This document shows, in pieces, positions 51,928-63,604 of a DNA stretch of 64,000 bases; position 1 is the stretch's first letter, and every line of letters begins with the position of its first letter. Source of the DNA: an uncultured delta proteobacterium (lineage in GTDB: Bacteria; Desulfobacterota; Binatia; Bin18); the NCBI GenBank assembly GCA_963733195.1, contig CAVTCR010000019.1:1-64000 (forward strand), given 5' to 3'. Made by a program: the position numbers and the translations under genes. The notes under the pieces were generated by a model. The model was given only the letters and a program-made list of their open reading frames with translations. It searched no databases and was not told the origin of the DNA.

Positions 51928-54286
51928 TTTTGCCCGCTCAATTGCCTGCAATACACGCTCCGGCGTTATCGGGACCTCATTGATGCGTACCCCAAACGGC
52001 GCCAAGGCATCCGCTACCGCATTGGCAATCGCCGCCGGTGGTGCAATCGCTCCGCCCTCGCCCATACCTTTGATGCCAGTTGGGGTATATGGAGACGGGC
52101 TTTCAATATGACCAATTTCTACCCGTGGAACGTCAACCGCAGTCGGCACGAGATAGTCCATCAAGGTCCCAGTAAGAAACTGTCCGTTCTCGTCGTACAG
52201 CGCTTGCTCATACAAGGCCGTGCCAATGCCTTGCGCCACACCACCTTGAATCTGCCCATCAACTACCATCGGGTTGATAATCGTGCCGCAGTCTTCCACC
52301 ACGATGTAGCGCAGCAACTTCACTTGTCCGGTTTCACTATCGACCTCAACGGTGGCAACATGCGTCGCGTTGGAGTGCGTGGATGGCGGTGGTTCGTAGT
52401 GCGAGGTCGCCTCAAGCCCTGGTTCTTCTCCGACAAACTGCGCATAGAGAATACGCTGGGCAATGTCTTTGATCGGCACTACTGTCGCTCCGTCTTGTTT
52501 TCGTTGCACCATACCGTCAGCCAATTGCAAATCATCAGACGGTACTTCACTGAGCCGAGAAGCAGCCCGCAGCAATTTCTCTCGCACTTTGCGTGAGGCA
52601 AAAATCGTTGCCCCGCCTCCAGTAACAGCACTGCGACTTCCCCATGTCCCCCAACCATACGGTATAGCCATCGTGTCACCTTCAATCACCTTCACATCAG
52701 CCAACGGCACCCCCAGTTCATCCGCCGCTATCTGTGCGAACGTCGTTTCGTGACTTTGGCCATGAGAATGGGTTCCAACCAACACGGTCACCTTGCCGTT
52801 GACATCCATGCGAACAGTGGCGGATTCATAGCCACCTACCGGCGCTCCCATCGCCTGAAACGCTTGAGAACTGGGCGCGGTTCCTTCAATGTAGCAACCG
52901 ACACCTAAGCCAATGTACTTTCCCTGCTCACGCAAGCGTTGTTGTTGCGTACGAAACTCCTCGTGACCAACCATCTCCAACGCCATACGCAGAGCTTCTT
53001 GATGACTGCCACTTTCAACCTCTGCCCCTGTGATCGTGGTATATGGGTGATCAGCCTTGCGGATCATGTTGCGCAGTCGTAACTCCATTCGATCAATCCC
53101 GAGTTTCTGCGCTGCCAGATCCATGAGACGTTCCATCGTAAGCACTGCGATCGGCAAGCCGACACCACGATACGGGCCAATAGTCGTTTTGTTGGTCGCT
53201 ACCGACAACGCCTCGAAACGATAAGCTGGAACCTTGTACGGTCCGGGCATCGCCGAGGCAGCGTGCCCAGCCTCCAAAGCCGAGCCCCACGGATAATCCG
53301 AATAGGCTCCAACATCACTAATATAGCGGCCAGTGATTCCGAGTATCGTCCCGTCCTTTTTGAGCGCGAGTTCACCGTACACAACTTGGTGTTTAGCATG
53401 GAGCGAGGCAGTCAGGTGCTCTCGGCGATCTTCGATCCATTTCACCGGTCGATTTAACCGACGGCTAAGGAATGCGGCCAATACCTCTTCACCAAACAGG
53501 TGGGCTTTGAGGCCAAATCCACCACCCACATCAGGAGCAATCACACGAATGTGGTGTTCAGGAAAATTGATCGCACGCGCGAGGTGAGTACGGACGACAT
53601 GCGGAGTTTGCGTCGAAGACCATACCGTCAGCGAATCCGTAGCAGCTTCAAAACTGGCAGACACAGCCGCGCGTCTCCATCGGCATGGCCATGTGTCGGC
53701 CTGTCACAAAACGTTCGGCTACCACACAATCGGCGGCTTGAAAGGCTTTGCTCACCTCGCCGATCTCGACTTTGATCTCCTGCATGAGGTTGTCACCCCA
53801 CTCGTCATGCACAAGAACCGTCTCAGCGGTCAGCGCTTTCTCGACATCCCACACCGTATCAAGAGGGTCATATTCTACGTCGATCAGATTCGCCGCATCT
53901 TCAGCAACGTAGCGATTGACGGCGACGACCACAGCCACAGGTTCCCCAACAAAACGTACTTTTCCGTGTGCCAGTACCGGCCAATCACATGATTTGTGAC
54001 GTGGGGCTCGTGTCGCATCGTACTCAACTCGTAATGGTGGAATTTCGCTGGCGATGTCCGCACCGCTGAGCACGGCCAGCACTCCTGGGTGTGACTTCGC
54101 TGCACTCACATCGACCTGCGTGATTTTCGCATGCGCATACGGGCTACGCACAAATGCCATCGCCACCGTGCCGGGAAGCTGAACATCGTCCACGTAACGA
54201 CTCTTCCCTAACAGCACCCGTGGGTCTTCAACGCGCCTGACCTCGGCTCCTACCATTTTACCTGTACCAACGAGACTCGTTGCCAT
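51922..54286 (-). CDS. xanthine dehydrogenase-family Mo-binding subunit, CoxL-like (frameshift near 53665)
   Basis: DVGGGFGLK, PYRGVG, GQSHET, GQIQGG, KGMGEGG. Confidence 0.9.
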
Positions 54287-54297
54287 ATGTAGCTCCG

Positions 54298-54365
54298 CAA
54301 TTAAGAATTAAAAATTAAGAGTGAAGAGTTTTTCATTCTTTGCATTCTTCATTCTTCATTTTGCA
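54298..54365. repeat. heptamer-periodic inverted repeat
   Basis: aattaag aattaaa aattaag agtgaag / attcttc attcttc. Confidence 0.7.
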
Positions 54366-54853
54366 CTCTTCATTGTCTCTGCTGTTGCCATCACCGCCTT
54401 CACAATGTTCGCATACCCCGTACAGCGGCACAGGTTACCCGAAAGACCATGACGCACCTCTTCTTCTGTTGGCTTGGGATTCTTCTGTAACAGGTCATAT
54501 GCACTCATCAAAAAACCGGAAGTGCAGAAACCACACTGGAGCGCATGATTATCCCAGAACGACTGTTGCAGTGGATGCATCTGTCCATCCTTCGCCAATC
54601 CCTCGACAGTCAGCAGCTCTCCACCATCAGCTTGCACGGCAAACAGCAAGCACGAACGTACACTCTCGCCATTGAGGTTCACTGTGCATGCACCGCATAC
54701 GCCATGCTCACAGCCAAGATGAGTAGCGGTCAGTCCAAGATCCTCACGAATAAAGTCAGCGAGCAGTTTTCGTACCTCGACCTCACGCTCGACCTCCTGG
54801 CCGTTGACACGACAGCGGACGACTTGCCGTTCAATGAATTGAGCATGCTCCAT
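54356..54853 (-). CDS. 2Fe-2S subunit, CoxS-like
   Basis: GCEHGVCGAC, QCGFC, CRCTGY. Confidence 0.92.
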   Translation of the reverse strand: MEHAQFIERQVVRCRVNGQEVEREVEVRKLLADFIREDLGLTATHLGCEHGVCGACTVNLNGESVRSCLLFAVQADGGELLTVEGLAKDGQMHPLQQSFWDNHALQCGFCTSGFLMSAYDLLQKNPKPTEEEVRHGLSGNLCRCTGYANIVKAVMATAETMKSAK

Positions 54854-54882
54854 GTGTCTTCTCCTCATTCAGCGAGACCAAC

Positions 54883-55045
54883 CAGGAGAAATGGGGAAAT
54901 GGACAAACGGATAAATGGAAGGGAAAGACGCTTCTTATTATTTTTCCTTTCCTTTTCCCCTTTTCCCCGTTTCTCCATTTATCCCCTCCTCTTTTATCAT
55001 CCCCCTATAGCCTTACGCCTACAGCCTAAAGCCTTTTCCCTAAGC
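54883..55045. repeat. octamer palindrome plus heptamer run
   Basis: aaatgggg aaatggac aaacggat / ttttcccc gtttctcc atttatcc; tatagcc ttacgcc tacagcc taaagcc. Confidence 0.75.
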
Positions 55046-55904
55046 TTTTCCCCATGCCTCTTTGAGCGCCCGCACCGTCAATACTCGTACCATCTGCCGA
55101 CGAAACTCAGACGAGCCATGGACATCTGACGGTGGTTCCACAGCCTTCGCTGCAATCTCTGCTGCCGCCTTCAGCGCATCCTCTTCACCACGGCTGCCTT
55201 TGAGGGTTTTTTCGACCTCCCCAATATACAACGGGGTCGAGTGTGCACCTCCAACTGCTAGTGATGCTGCCGTGCAAGCCTTGTTTTGATCAAGTGTCAA
55301 TTGGCACGCAACTGCGGCAAGTGCGAAATCTCCTGGACGGCGACAAAGTTCTTGAAATCCCCACCCAGCCGGAGTCGAAGGCACAGGAAAATGGATCTCA
55401 CACAACAGCTCGTTAGATTGGATCGCTGTTGTCAGTGGCGCAAGAAAGAAATCACGTGCAGCAACCGTCCGCGACCCGTTGTGTGAACGAAGGATAAACT
55501 GAGCATTCAGCGTCACTGCAACCAGCGGCCATTCAGCAGCTGGATCGGCATGGACGAGACTTCCGCCGATCGTCCCACGATTACGAATCGCCAGATGACC
55601 AACCTCAGAAGCCGCACGTGCAAGCAAGGGGTGTGTAGCACGAACCTCGGTAGATACTTCCAAGTTGTCGATGCCGCGTCAGCGCCCCAACACGGAGCAG
55701 TCCGTTTTCACGCTTGATAAACGACAGGTCGTTGAGTCGGTTTACATCGATTAAAGCACTGACTTCGGCCATCCGTAGATTGAGCAACGGCACCAGGCTT
55801 TGGCCACCGGCAAGAATCTTCGTTCCCTCATTGCCTTGTGCTAGGAGAGAAAGCACCTCATCAACTGACTGCGGACATGCATAGGTGAATTTTGCGGGTT
55901 TCAT
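55040..55904 (-). CDS. FAD-binding subunit, CoxM-like (frameshift near 55660)
   Basis: LAGGQSL, IRNRGTIGGSL, DPAAE. Confidence 0.9.
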
Positions 55905-56077
55905 AGTGCGGTCAGCTATCAGCTTTCACCACCAAGCGCAAACATGGCAAAGCTAACCGTTGGCAACCCTTCCAAGGTATTACACGAAGAAAATTAACCA
56001 GGTCTCTGGTTCTTCGAGATGGTTTGAACCCGATCTTATCAGCTTGATCCTCTGCTTGGACGGAGTATATTTATAGT

Positions 56078-56307
56078 ATGAAAGTCAAGACTTCTATCAC
56101 ACTCTCTGAAGATCTTCTGAAAGCCATTGACCAATTCTCGGGCAATATAAGAACCGCTCTGACTTTATTGAGACAGCGGTGTGGGCATTGATTACGCAAA
56201 TGCTTCGAGATGCACAAAACACCAAAGATCTAACGATTCTTAATCGACGGGCTGACGCTCTCAATCGTGAAGCTGCGGACGTCCTCACTTATCAGGTTGT
56301 GCGATGA
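56078..56307 (+). CDS. ribbon-helix-helix antitoxin (frameshift near 56145)
   Basis: [30 protein letters not shown]; ATGA overlap with the toxin. Confidence 0.75.
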
Positions 56308-56633
56308 AACGAGGGGAGCTATATCGAGTGGCGAATCCTTCGGCGCGAGATCCGAAAAAATTCCGCGTTTTTGTGATCGTCAGCCGCCAGGTAGTAATCG
56401 AGTCACGGTTTTCCACGGTTATCTGTGCTCCAATTTACTCAGCGTATGATGGCTTATCCACGCAAGTGCCGGTTGGCATTGATGAAGGCTTAAAGCACGA
56501 CAGCAGCATCCACTGCGACGAACTGGTGAGCTTGCTCAAGTCGGTCTTGACCAACTTTGTTGGCACGCTGTCTGGGCAAAAAATCCACGCTTTGAACCAA
56601 GCCCTCGCTCTGGCTTTAGATCTTCCAGAGTAG
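56304..56633 (+). CDS. MazF/PemK family toxin
   Basis: MKRGELY, VIVSR, CAPI, ALALAL. Confidence 0.85.
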   Translation: MKRGELYRVANPSARDPKKFRVFVIVSRQVVIESRFSTVICAPIYSAYDGLSTQVPVGIDEGLKHDSSIHCDELVSLLKSVLTNFVGTLSGQKIHALNQALALALDLPE

Positions 56634-56656
56634 TTAGTTCCTCGGAAGACAAGAGA

Positions 56657-59600
56657 TCAAGAGGAAAACAGCGCCAGATTCTCAGCTAACTGGTCCAGCA
56701 GTGCCTTCGCCTCTTGCAAGTCCTTGGTGTCAAACCCTTCGGTGAACCAGTTGTAGATCTCTGACAACATCTTGTGAGCTTCGGTTCGCTTGCCTTGCTG
56801 CTGCCAGAGGCGAGCGAGGCTTGTTGTCGCCCGTAGCTCCCAGCGACTTGGCTTGCTGCTTTCGGGCAATCTCGATGGCTTTGAGAAAACACGCTTCGGC
56901 TTCGCTCTTGGGGGTCGGGGTGTCAGAGGTCGGGGGTTGGTAACTGACAACTTGAGAACTGATGACTGCATAACTTTTGTAAGATGAGTTCCCCCTTGAG
57001 GCGGTAGAGCTCGGCTTCGTTCCAGCGTTCCCCATTCTTCTCCACCATGGCCAGCGCTTCAGCGATCACCCTCAGCCCTTCTTCTGCCTGGCCGCCTTGC
57101 GCATAGGCCTGGGCCAACGCGCCCAGAAATAGTGGGACATACATCTCTGCCCCGGTGGCCTGCCAGGCAGCCAAGCCCTGGCGTATCTGGGCAATGCCTT
57201 TTTCGGCTTCGTCCCCGTTCGGCCAACGCCCAGCCTTGCAGGATAGTCCCCATTGCCAACCAGATCGGAAATCCTTGCTCGGCACAGAGGGCAATCGGCT
57301 GCTTCTGCCCGCTCTTGGGCCGCCTGTCCCTCTCGGCGGAGCTGATGGAGCACGAGGGCATAGGCCAGGGCAAGAGCCAAACTATGGGAGTGAGACAACT
57401 CCTGGGCCAGGGTCAATGCCTCGTGGCTGCTCTTGAGAGCCTGGTCCGGATAGCCCAGAGCCCACAGAGCCCTCGCCATATAGCCCCGGCAGGACACTCC
57501 AGGATCATACCCGCCGTAGAGGAGCGCGTGGGAGCGGTGCTGCGCAGGATTGTACAGGGTCAGCCCCTGCTCCAGGTGCTTGCGGGCGGGACAAACTCTC
57601 CTAACGGCACCAAAGTCTGCCATTGGGCACTATGGGCCTCCAGGAGACAGCGCCGAGTCGTGTCCACGCTGAGCGAGGGTGAGCAGCTCGTTGGCGAGTT
57701 CACGCGCGGTTTCTAACTCCCCCCGTATTTGATAAAACTCCCACAGGCCGCGCAGCGCGGGGAACAGCTGAGGGGTTTCTCCCACCTGCCGGCACAGTGC
57801 CCGAGCGCGGGTGTAGGCGGTTCCCACTTCTGGGGCCCCCGCGACTTTGGTGGCCATCAAAGCCGGCCCCAGGGTGAGATGCAGCGTGAGTTCTTGCTGG
57901 GTCCGTGCGGGACTATCAGGCAGGGTCTGGAGCAGCTCTAAGGCTGTGGTGAGGTGGGTGATCGCTTCCGTATTGGCCGACCGCTGCACGGCCTGTTGTC
58001 CAGCCAGATGGAGATAGGTGATGGCCTTCTCGGTGTTGGCGCTGCGGCTGTAGTGATGGGCTAAGTCGCTGTAGTGCTCAGGTCAATGTCGCGGCGTACA
58101 CGGTTTCCAACGCCTGGCCGGTGCGCTCGTGTAACAGCTTGCGCTGCTCTTGCAGCACCGTGCCATAGGCGACTTCCTGCGTCAGCGCGTGCTTGAAGAT
58201 GTACTCCACTTCGGGAAACGCGGGCTGCTCGTAGAGAAACTCTTTGCGCTGGAGGGAGGCAAGGAGGCGATAGAGTTCGTCTTCGGGCTGGGCAATCACC
58301 TGGCGGATCAGACTCACCGGGAACTCGCGACCGATCACCGCGAGCTGTTGCAGCAGGGCTTTCTCTTCCGGGCAGGCGGTCAATGCGGGCGGCCAGCACG
58401 CCTTGCACGGTGGTCGGAATATGCAGATCGCCGTGGGTGGCGCGCACGAGCGCCCTGGAGAACCAGGCCGAAGCCGTGCCCCTACACCGTCGCGCACAAG
58501 CACCCCTTGCTCCACCAACTCCTGGACAATCTCTTCCATGAAGAACGGCGTGCCTTCGGTCTTTTCCAAGATCAAGTGTTTGAGGGCTGTGGAGGGGCGC
58601 ACCGATGTGTGCGTCCGGTCCCTGTGGGCCGACACTCAGGTCGGCCCCTACAGAAAGACCAGGAGCACGTCAAGGAATTCTTCCGCTTCCGCTTTGCCGA
58701 ATGGCGCCAAGCGCAATTGGGTGTAGTACGTCTTCTGCCCCCACTCCTGGCGGTATTCAGGCCGGTAGTTCACCAGCAACAGAATCCGCGCGCTGGCCAC
58801 ACTCTCACTCAGCACATCGAGAAATCCCTGGGTCTCATTGTCGATCCAATGCAGGTCTTCAAAGATCAAGATCAACGGTTGATTGAGACTCTCGCGCAGG
58901 AAGAGTTTCTTGAGCGCCTCAAACGTCCGCCGCCGCCGAATCTGCGGGTCCATCTGTGCAAAGGTCGAGGGCTGGTCTTCAATGCCCAGCAGGCAAACAG
59001 ATACGGCAGAGTATCTTCCAAGCTGCGGTCGAGCGTCGAGGACCTTGCCAGTGATCTTCTCTCGGCGTTTACGTTCATCATCTTGGGCCTGGATGTCGAA
59101 GTAACTTTTCAGCAGTTCAATCACTGGCAGATACGGCGAGGCTTTGCCATGCGAGACTGAGTAGGCTTCTAATCGTAAGAGTAGGGGCGTATTGCGATAC
59201 GCCCCTACAAATTCGTGAAACAACCGCGACTTGCCTAACCCCGGCTCACCCATCACGCCGACGATTTGCCCATGTCCGGCTTTCACTTGCTCAAGGCCCG
59301 CTGTAGCTGGTCCATCTCACTCTGTCGCCCGACGAAGCGGGTGAGCCCCCGTCTGGCCGCCACTTGCAACTTCGTGCGTAATGGTCCTGCCCCCAGCACT
59401 TCGTAGACGTGGAGCGGCTCTTCCACCCCTTTGATCTGCGTCTTGCCTAAATTCTTGAACTCGAAGTAGCCGTCTGTGAGCTTATGGGTGTAGGCGGTCA
59501 CCAGAATCGAGCCGGGCGCGGCGAGTTGTTCCATCCGGGCGGCCAAGTTGGTCGAGTGGCCCACGGGGACATAATCCGCATGCAAGTCATCTTTGCGAAT

Positions 59601-60287
59601 GGAGCGCAGCACCACCTCGCCAGTGTTAATGCCGACGCGCATGAGCAGGGGCGGATAGCCTTTCGCTCGCAGCGTATCGGCATAGCGGCGCATCTCCTCT
59701 TGCATGCGCAGTGCGGCATAGAGCGCGCGCTGGGGATGATCCTCGTGTGCCAGCGGAGCACCAAACAGCGCGAAGATGCCATCGCCGAGCGCTTGGGCGA
59801 CATAGCCGTCATAGCGATGCACCGCATCCATCATCAGCTGGAGCGCCGGGTCAATAATCGCTCGCGCCTCTTCGGGGTCGAGCCCTTCGATCAGGGCGGT
59901 GGAGCCTTTGAGATCAGCAAACAAGGCCGTGATCGTCTTGCGCTCGCCGTCCGTAAGCCCGCGCGCTTCCATCGCCGCTTGCTCGGCACGGATGCGCTCG
60001 GCGAGATGTGGTGGAGTATAGCTGCTTGGGGGTTGGGGATTAGGGGTTGGGGACTGGGTAGGACTCGGAACTCGGGGCTCAGAACTCGGAACTGGCGCGG
60101 CGCCTGTCCAGACCAGCACTTTTCCGTCCTCATCGAGCGCCAGCCGCTTGGCATCGATGAGATCGGCTTTGAGGTCTTCGACGTATTCGTCGTCAATACC
60201 GAACCGGCGCTTCAGCACACGATAGGCGACTCGTCCTTCGTGTTGGAGCAGCTCAGTCACTTGGGCTAGGATTTCATCAAATGTCAT
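56657..60287 (-). CDS. class III nucleotide cyclase-AAA/STAND ATPase-TPR protein (many frameshifts)
   Basis: [19 protein letters not shown]; [14 protein letters not shown]; C-terminal [11 protein letters not shown]. Confidence 0.85.
58433..58485. repeat. GTAG-type REP doublet inside the cyclase gene
   Basis: gtgggtggcgcgcacgagcgccc / ggccgaagccgtgcccctac. Confidence 0.65.
58589..58651. repeat. GTAG-type REP doublet inside the cyclase gene
   Basis: ggggcgcaccgatgtgtgcgtcc / gggccgacactcaggtcggcccctac. Confidence 0.75.
59181..59208. repeat. perfect GTAG REP palindrome, in frame
   Basis: gtaggggcgtat-tgcg-atacgcccctac, encodes VGAYRNTPL. Confidence 0.85.
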
Positions 60288-60385
60288 CGTCGCCTCCCCA
60301 CTCTGCGCCGTTTCTCACCGGATGTCCTCGCTTTTCATAGCTGCCCTGTTTACAATTCTCAATCTGCGTTAGGGGACAAACCGCT

Positions 60386-61457
60386 ATGACACTCCTCGAT
60401 CACAACGCTCTCGAAGAAATTGCCCTCGGCGCGACCGTGCTTGGCACCGGCGGTGGCGGTGATCCGACCCTCGGCAAACTCATGGCACAGCAGGCCATGG
60501 CAAAGCATGGCCCGGTGCAATTGCTCCCACTCGACGAAGTGCTAGATGACGGCTGGATCATTCCCACAGCAATGATGGGCGCGCCCACTGTTCTGGTCGA
60601 AAAAATTCCCAGCGGTACGGAAGTGCTCGACGCGTACCGTATGCTGGAGCAACGACTGCAATGTCGTGCAATAGCGACTGTCTCAGCCGAGGCTGGTGGC
60701 GTCAACTCGATGATTCCGATAGTTGTCGCAGCAACTCTCAAGGTCCCACTCGTCGATGCCGATGGTATGGGCCGTGCCTTTCCAGAAATTCAAATGGTCA
60801 CCCCTACCCTCCACGGTGTGTCGGCAACCCCAATGGCAATTGCCGATGAAAAAGGGAACCGGGTGTTACTAGAAACCCCGGACAACTTTTGGACTGAGCG
60901 TCTCGCACGAACGACCACCATACAGATGGGCTGCTCTGCCTGTGTTGCACTATATGCAATGCCCGGCAAAGTTGCCAAGAAAGCATTGGTAAAAGGGACG
61001 ATCTCCTTGGCACGAGAGATCGGACGCACGCTCCGGACCGGTCGTGAGCAGAAACGCGATCCCATTGAAGCATTGACGACGCTGATTACAAGGCCGACGC
61101 TTGTGTGAGGGCAAGATTGTTGACGTACGACGACGCACGGAGCGGGGATTCGCTCGTGGAGAAATGGACATCGTTGGCACCGGGCGAGATGCAGGCTCGC
61201 AGTTCAAGATTTCTTTTCAGAACGAAAATCTGGTCTTTTGGCATGATGGTCAACCGAAAGTCACCACACCTGATTTGATCACTGTGGTCGACGACCAAAC
61301 TGGATTGCCTATCACTACCGAAGCCTTGAAATACGGTCTGCGGGTTGTTGTCCTCGGCTTTCCGTGTCATCCGCAATGGCGGACACCACAGGGTTTGAAA
61401 CTGGTGGGGCCACGGTATTTTGGTTATGAGATCGAGTATGCACCTTTAGAGAAATGA
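60386..61457 (+). CDS. DUF917 family protein (frameshift near 61085)
   Basis: LGTGGGGD, EAGGVNS, DGMGRAFPE, FQNENL, PDLI. Confidence 0.88.
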
Positions 61458-61560
61458 TGAACGATTAACGCGGAATGCGGAATGACGAATGGGGAAGGAG
61501 GGCTGACGACTTTAGGATCCTCATGCCTTCCCTTTAGCCTTCAGCCTGTGGCCTATAGCT
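61455..61560. repeat. heptamer-periodic repeats
   Basis: gcggaat gcggaat gacgaat; tttagcc ttcagcc tgtggcc tatagc. Confidence 0.65.
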
Positions 61561-61604
61561 TTTTTCCGTTACATCATCTCATCAGCTTCAGTATTGAGAG
61601 AAAA

Positions 61605-63177
61605 ATGGACTCTGAGAATTCTCCCAAAAGTTTCCGTCTTGGTATCGACGTCGGTGGCACCAACACTGATGCGGTTATTCTCGATGCTACTGACCAGGTC
61701 ATCGCCAAAATCAAGTCGCCAACAACGCGGATGTCACTACCGGTATAGTCAACGCGTTGCAAGCAGTTCTCGCGGCTTCGCGACTATCACCCCAGACCAT
61801 CGGCTACGCCATGCTGGGCACCACTCATTGTACCAACGCGATTGTGACGCGTCAGGGACTTACCGCTGTCGGTGTCATTCGTCTTGGGTGCTCCCGCAAC
61901 TCGTCTGTGGAACCCTTGCTCACCTGGCCTCAAGATCTGCGACAGATGGTTTGCCCCAAGCATTCATTCTCCGCGGCGGCCATGAATACAATGGTGAACC
62001 TCTTGCTGCCCTTGATCCACAAGAGGTTCAGCAACACACTTCGGCAGATGAAGGGGAAGTCCAGGCTAGTCGCCATCACTGGCGTTTTCTCGCCAGTAAA
62101 TCCAGAACACGAACTACGAGTTCGCGATCTCGTTCACGAAGAGTTAGGTACAGAGATGCCTGTGAGCCTCTCCAGTGAAATCGGTAGCGTCAGCTGCTGG
62201 AGCGAGAGAATGCAACAGTGTCTGAACGCGGCACTGATCGCGGTCGCACGGACAGCAATTGAGAGGTTTTGCCCATGCGATTCACCAACTCAAATTCCCG
62301 CTACCTTTTTCTTAGGACAGAACGATGGGAGCTTGATGTCCGTTGACTATGCTCTCCATTATCCCATCTTCACTATCGCTTCAGGTCCAGCGAACAGCAT
62401 TCGTGGCGCAGCGTATTTAAGCCAAGTGCGCGACGCAATCGTGATCGATATCGGGGGGACGACTACTGACATTGGCATTTTGCAGAAAGGATTTCCTCGT
62501 GAGTCAGCTCTCGCTGTGGAGATTGGTGGCGTACGAACAAATTTCCGCATGCCGGATCTGTTATCCATCGGTTTGGGAGGTGGCAGTCGTGTTCACCAGG
62601 AGGACTGAATTCCGTAGGGCCGGACAGCGTTGGGTACCGCCTGACTGAGGAAGCCCTCGTGTTTGGTGGCCAGCAGATGACCGCGACTGACTTGGCTGTC
62701 GCTGCGGGTCAAGCACAACTGGGCGATCCTGCCCGTGTCAGCATCTCTCCCGATGAGTTTGCGCGAAGCAGGACTTGCCTATATCAGTCGCTGCCTTGCG
62801 GATCAGTATTGATCGCATGAAACTCACTGCTGATCCCGTACCGGTTATTGTCGTTGGTGGTGGAAGTATCCTCTGTCCCGAACAGCTACCCGGTGTGTCA
62901 GAAATCATCCGACCCACCACACCATGATGTCGCCAATGCTATTGGTGTTGCGATAGCCCAGGTCAGTGGAACGATCGACCGGGTCTTTGCGTTAGACAAT
63001 ATGAGCCGTACGCAGGCACTCGACGAAGCCTCGCGTCTCGCAAAGGAACGTGCCTGTAGCGCTGGGGCCGCACCCGAGAGTGTTGAGCTGGTTGACCTGG
63101 AAGAGATTCCCCTTGCCTATTTGCCTGGCAATGCCGTCCGTATCAAGGCGAAAGCCGCAGGAGCATTAAAGTTGTGA
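61605..63177 (+). CDS. hydantoinase/oxoprolinase family protein (several frameshifts)
   Basis: GIDVGGTNTDA, SGPANS, DIGGTTTD, VANAIG. Confidence 0.88.
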
Positions 63178-63190
63178 GACGCACTGGAAA

Positions 63191-63561
63191 ATGAAAACCG
63201 ACTCGCTCTTCTACCGCCGCTGAGTCGGGAGGAGATCCAAGCCATGCTCGAATTGACAGATACCGATTTGAAGCAGACGCGGTTTTATCAAGACGTGTTT
63301 ACAGAAGGCGAAAGAACTGGGCGGCAAGAAGGGCGGCAAGAAGAAGGGCGGCAAGAAGGGCGGCAAGAAGGGCGGCAAGAAGAAGGCGTCACGCTAATCC
63401 TCCGCCAACTCCAACGCCGGTGTGGCGAGCTAGCAGCGCCGATGCAGGAACAGATTGCCCGTTTGCGTTTGCCGCAACTGGAAGCCTTAGGAGAGGCGTT
63501 ACTGGACTTCCGTGGGCCAGCAGATCTGGAGCAGTGGTTGGCGAGCCATGGGCGAGAGTAA
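63191..63561 (+). pseudogene. internally deleted Rpn-family (DUF2887/DUF4351) gene; C-terminal ORF 63244-63561 intact
   Basis: MKTDSLFYR joined to LSREEIQAML..TRFYQ..EGRQE repeats..LGEALLDF. Confidence 0.8.
63319..63384 (+). repeat. 12-nt tandem repeat, five copies
   Basis: gggcggcaagaa x5 with two extra gaa. Confidence 0.9.
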
Positions 63562-63604
63562 AGCAGAGCCCCTCGCCACACAACTTCACCCATGCCTCAA
63601 TCAC

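Noticed and set aside
51922-55904. Aerobic CO dehydrogenase
   Set aside because: Active-site loop is PYRGVG, not the form I AYxCSFR; substrate unknown
58150-60269. Long plus-strand ORFs opposite the cyclase gene
   Set aside because: Antisense shadows of a GC-rich coding strand with no recognisable motifs
63319-63384. CRISPR array
   Set aside because: 12-nt coding tandem repeat without spacers; no cas genes in the window
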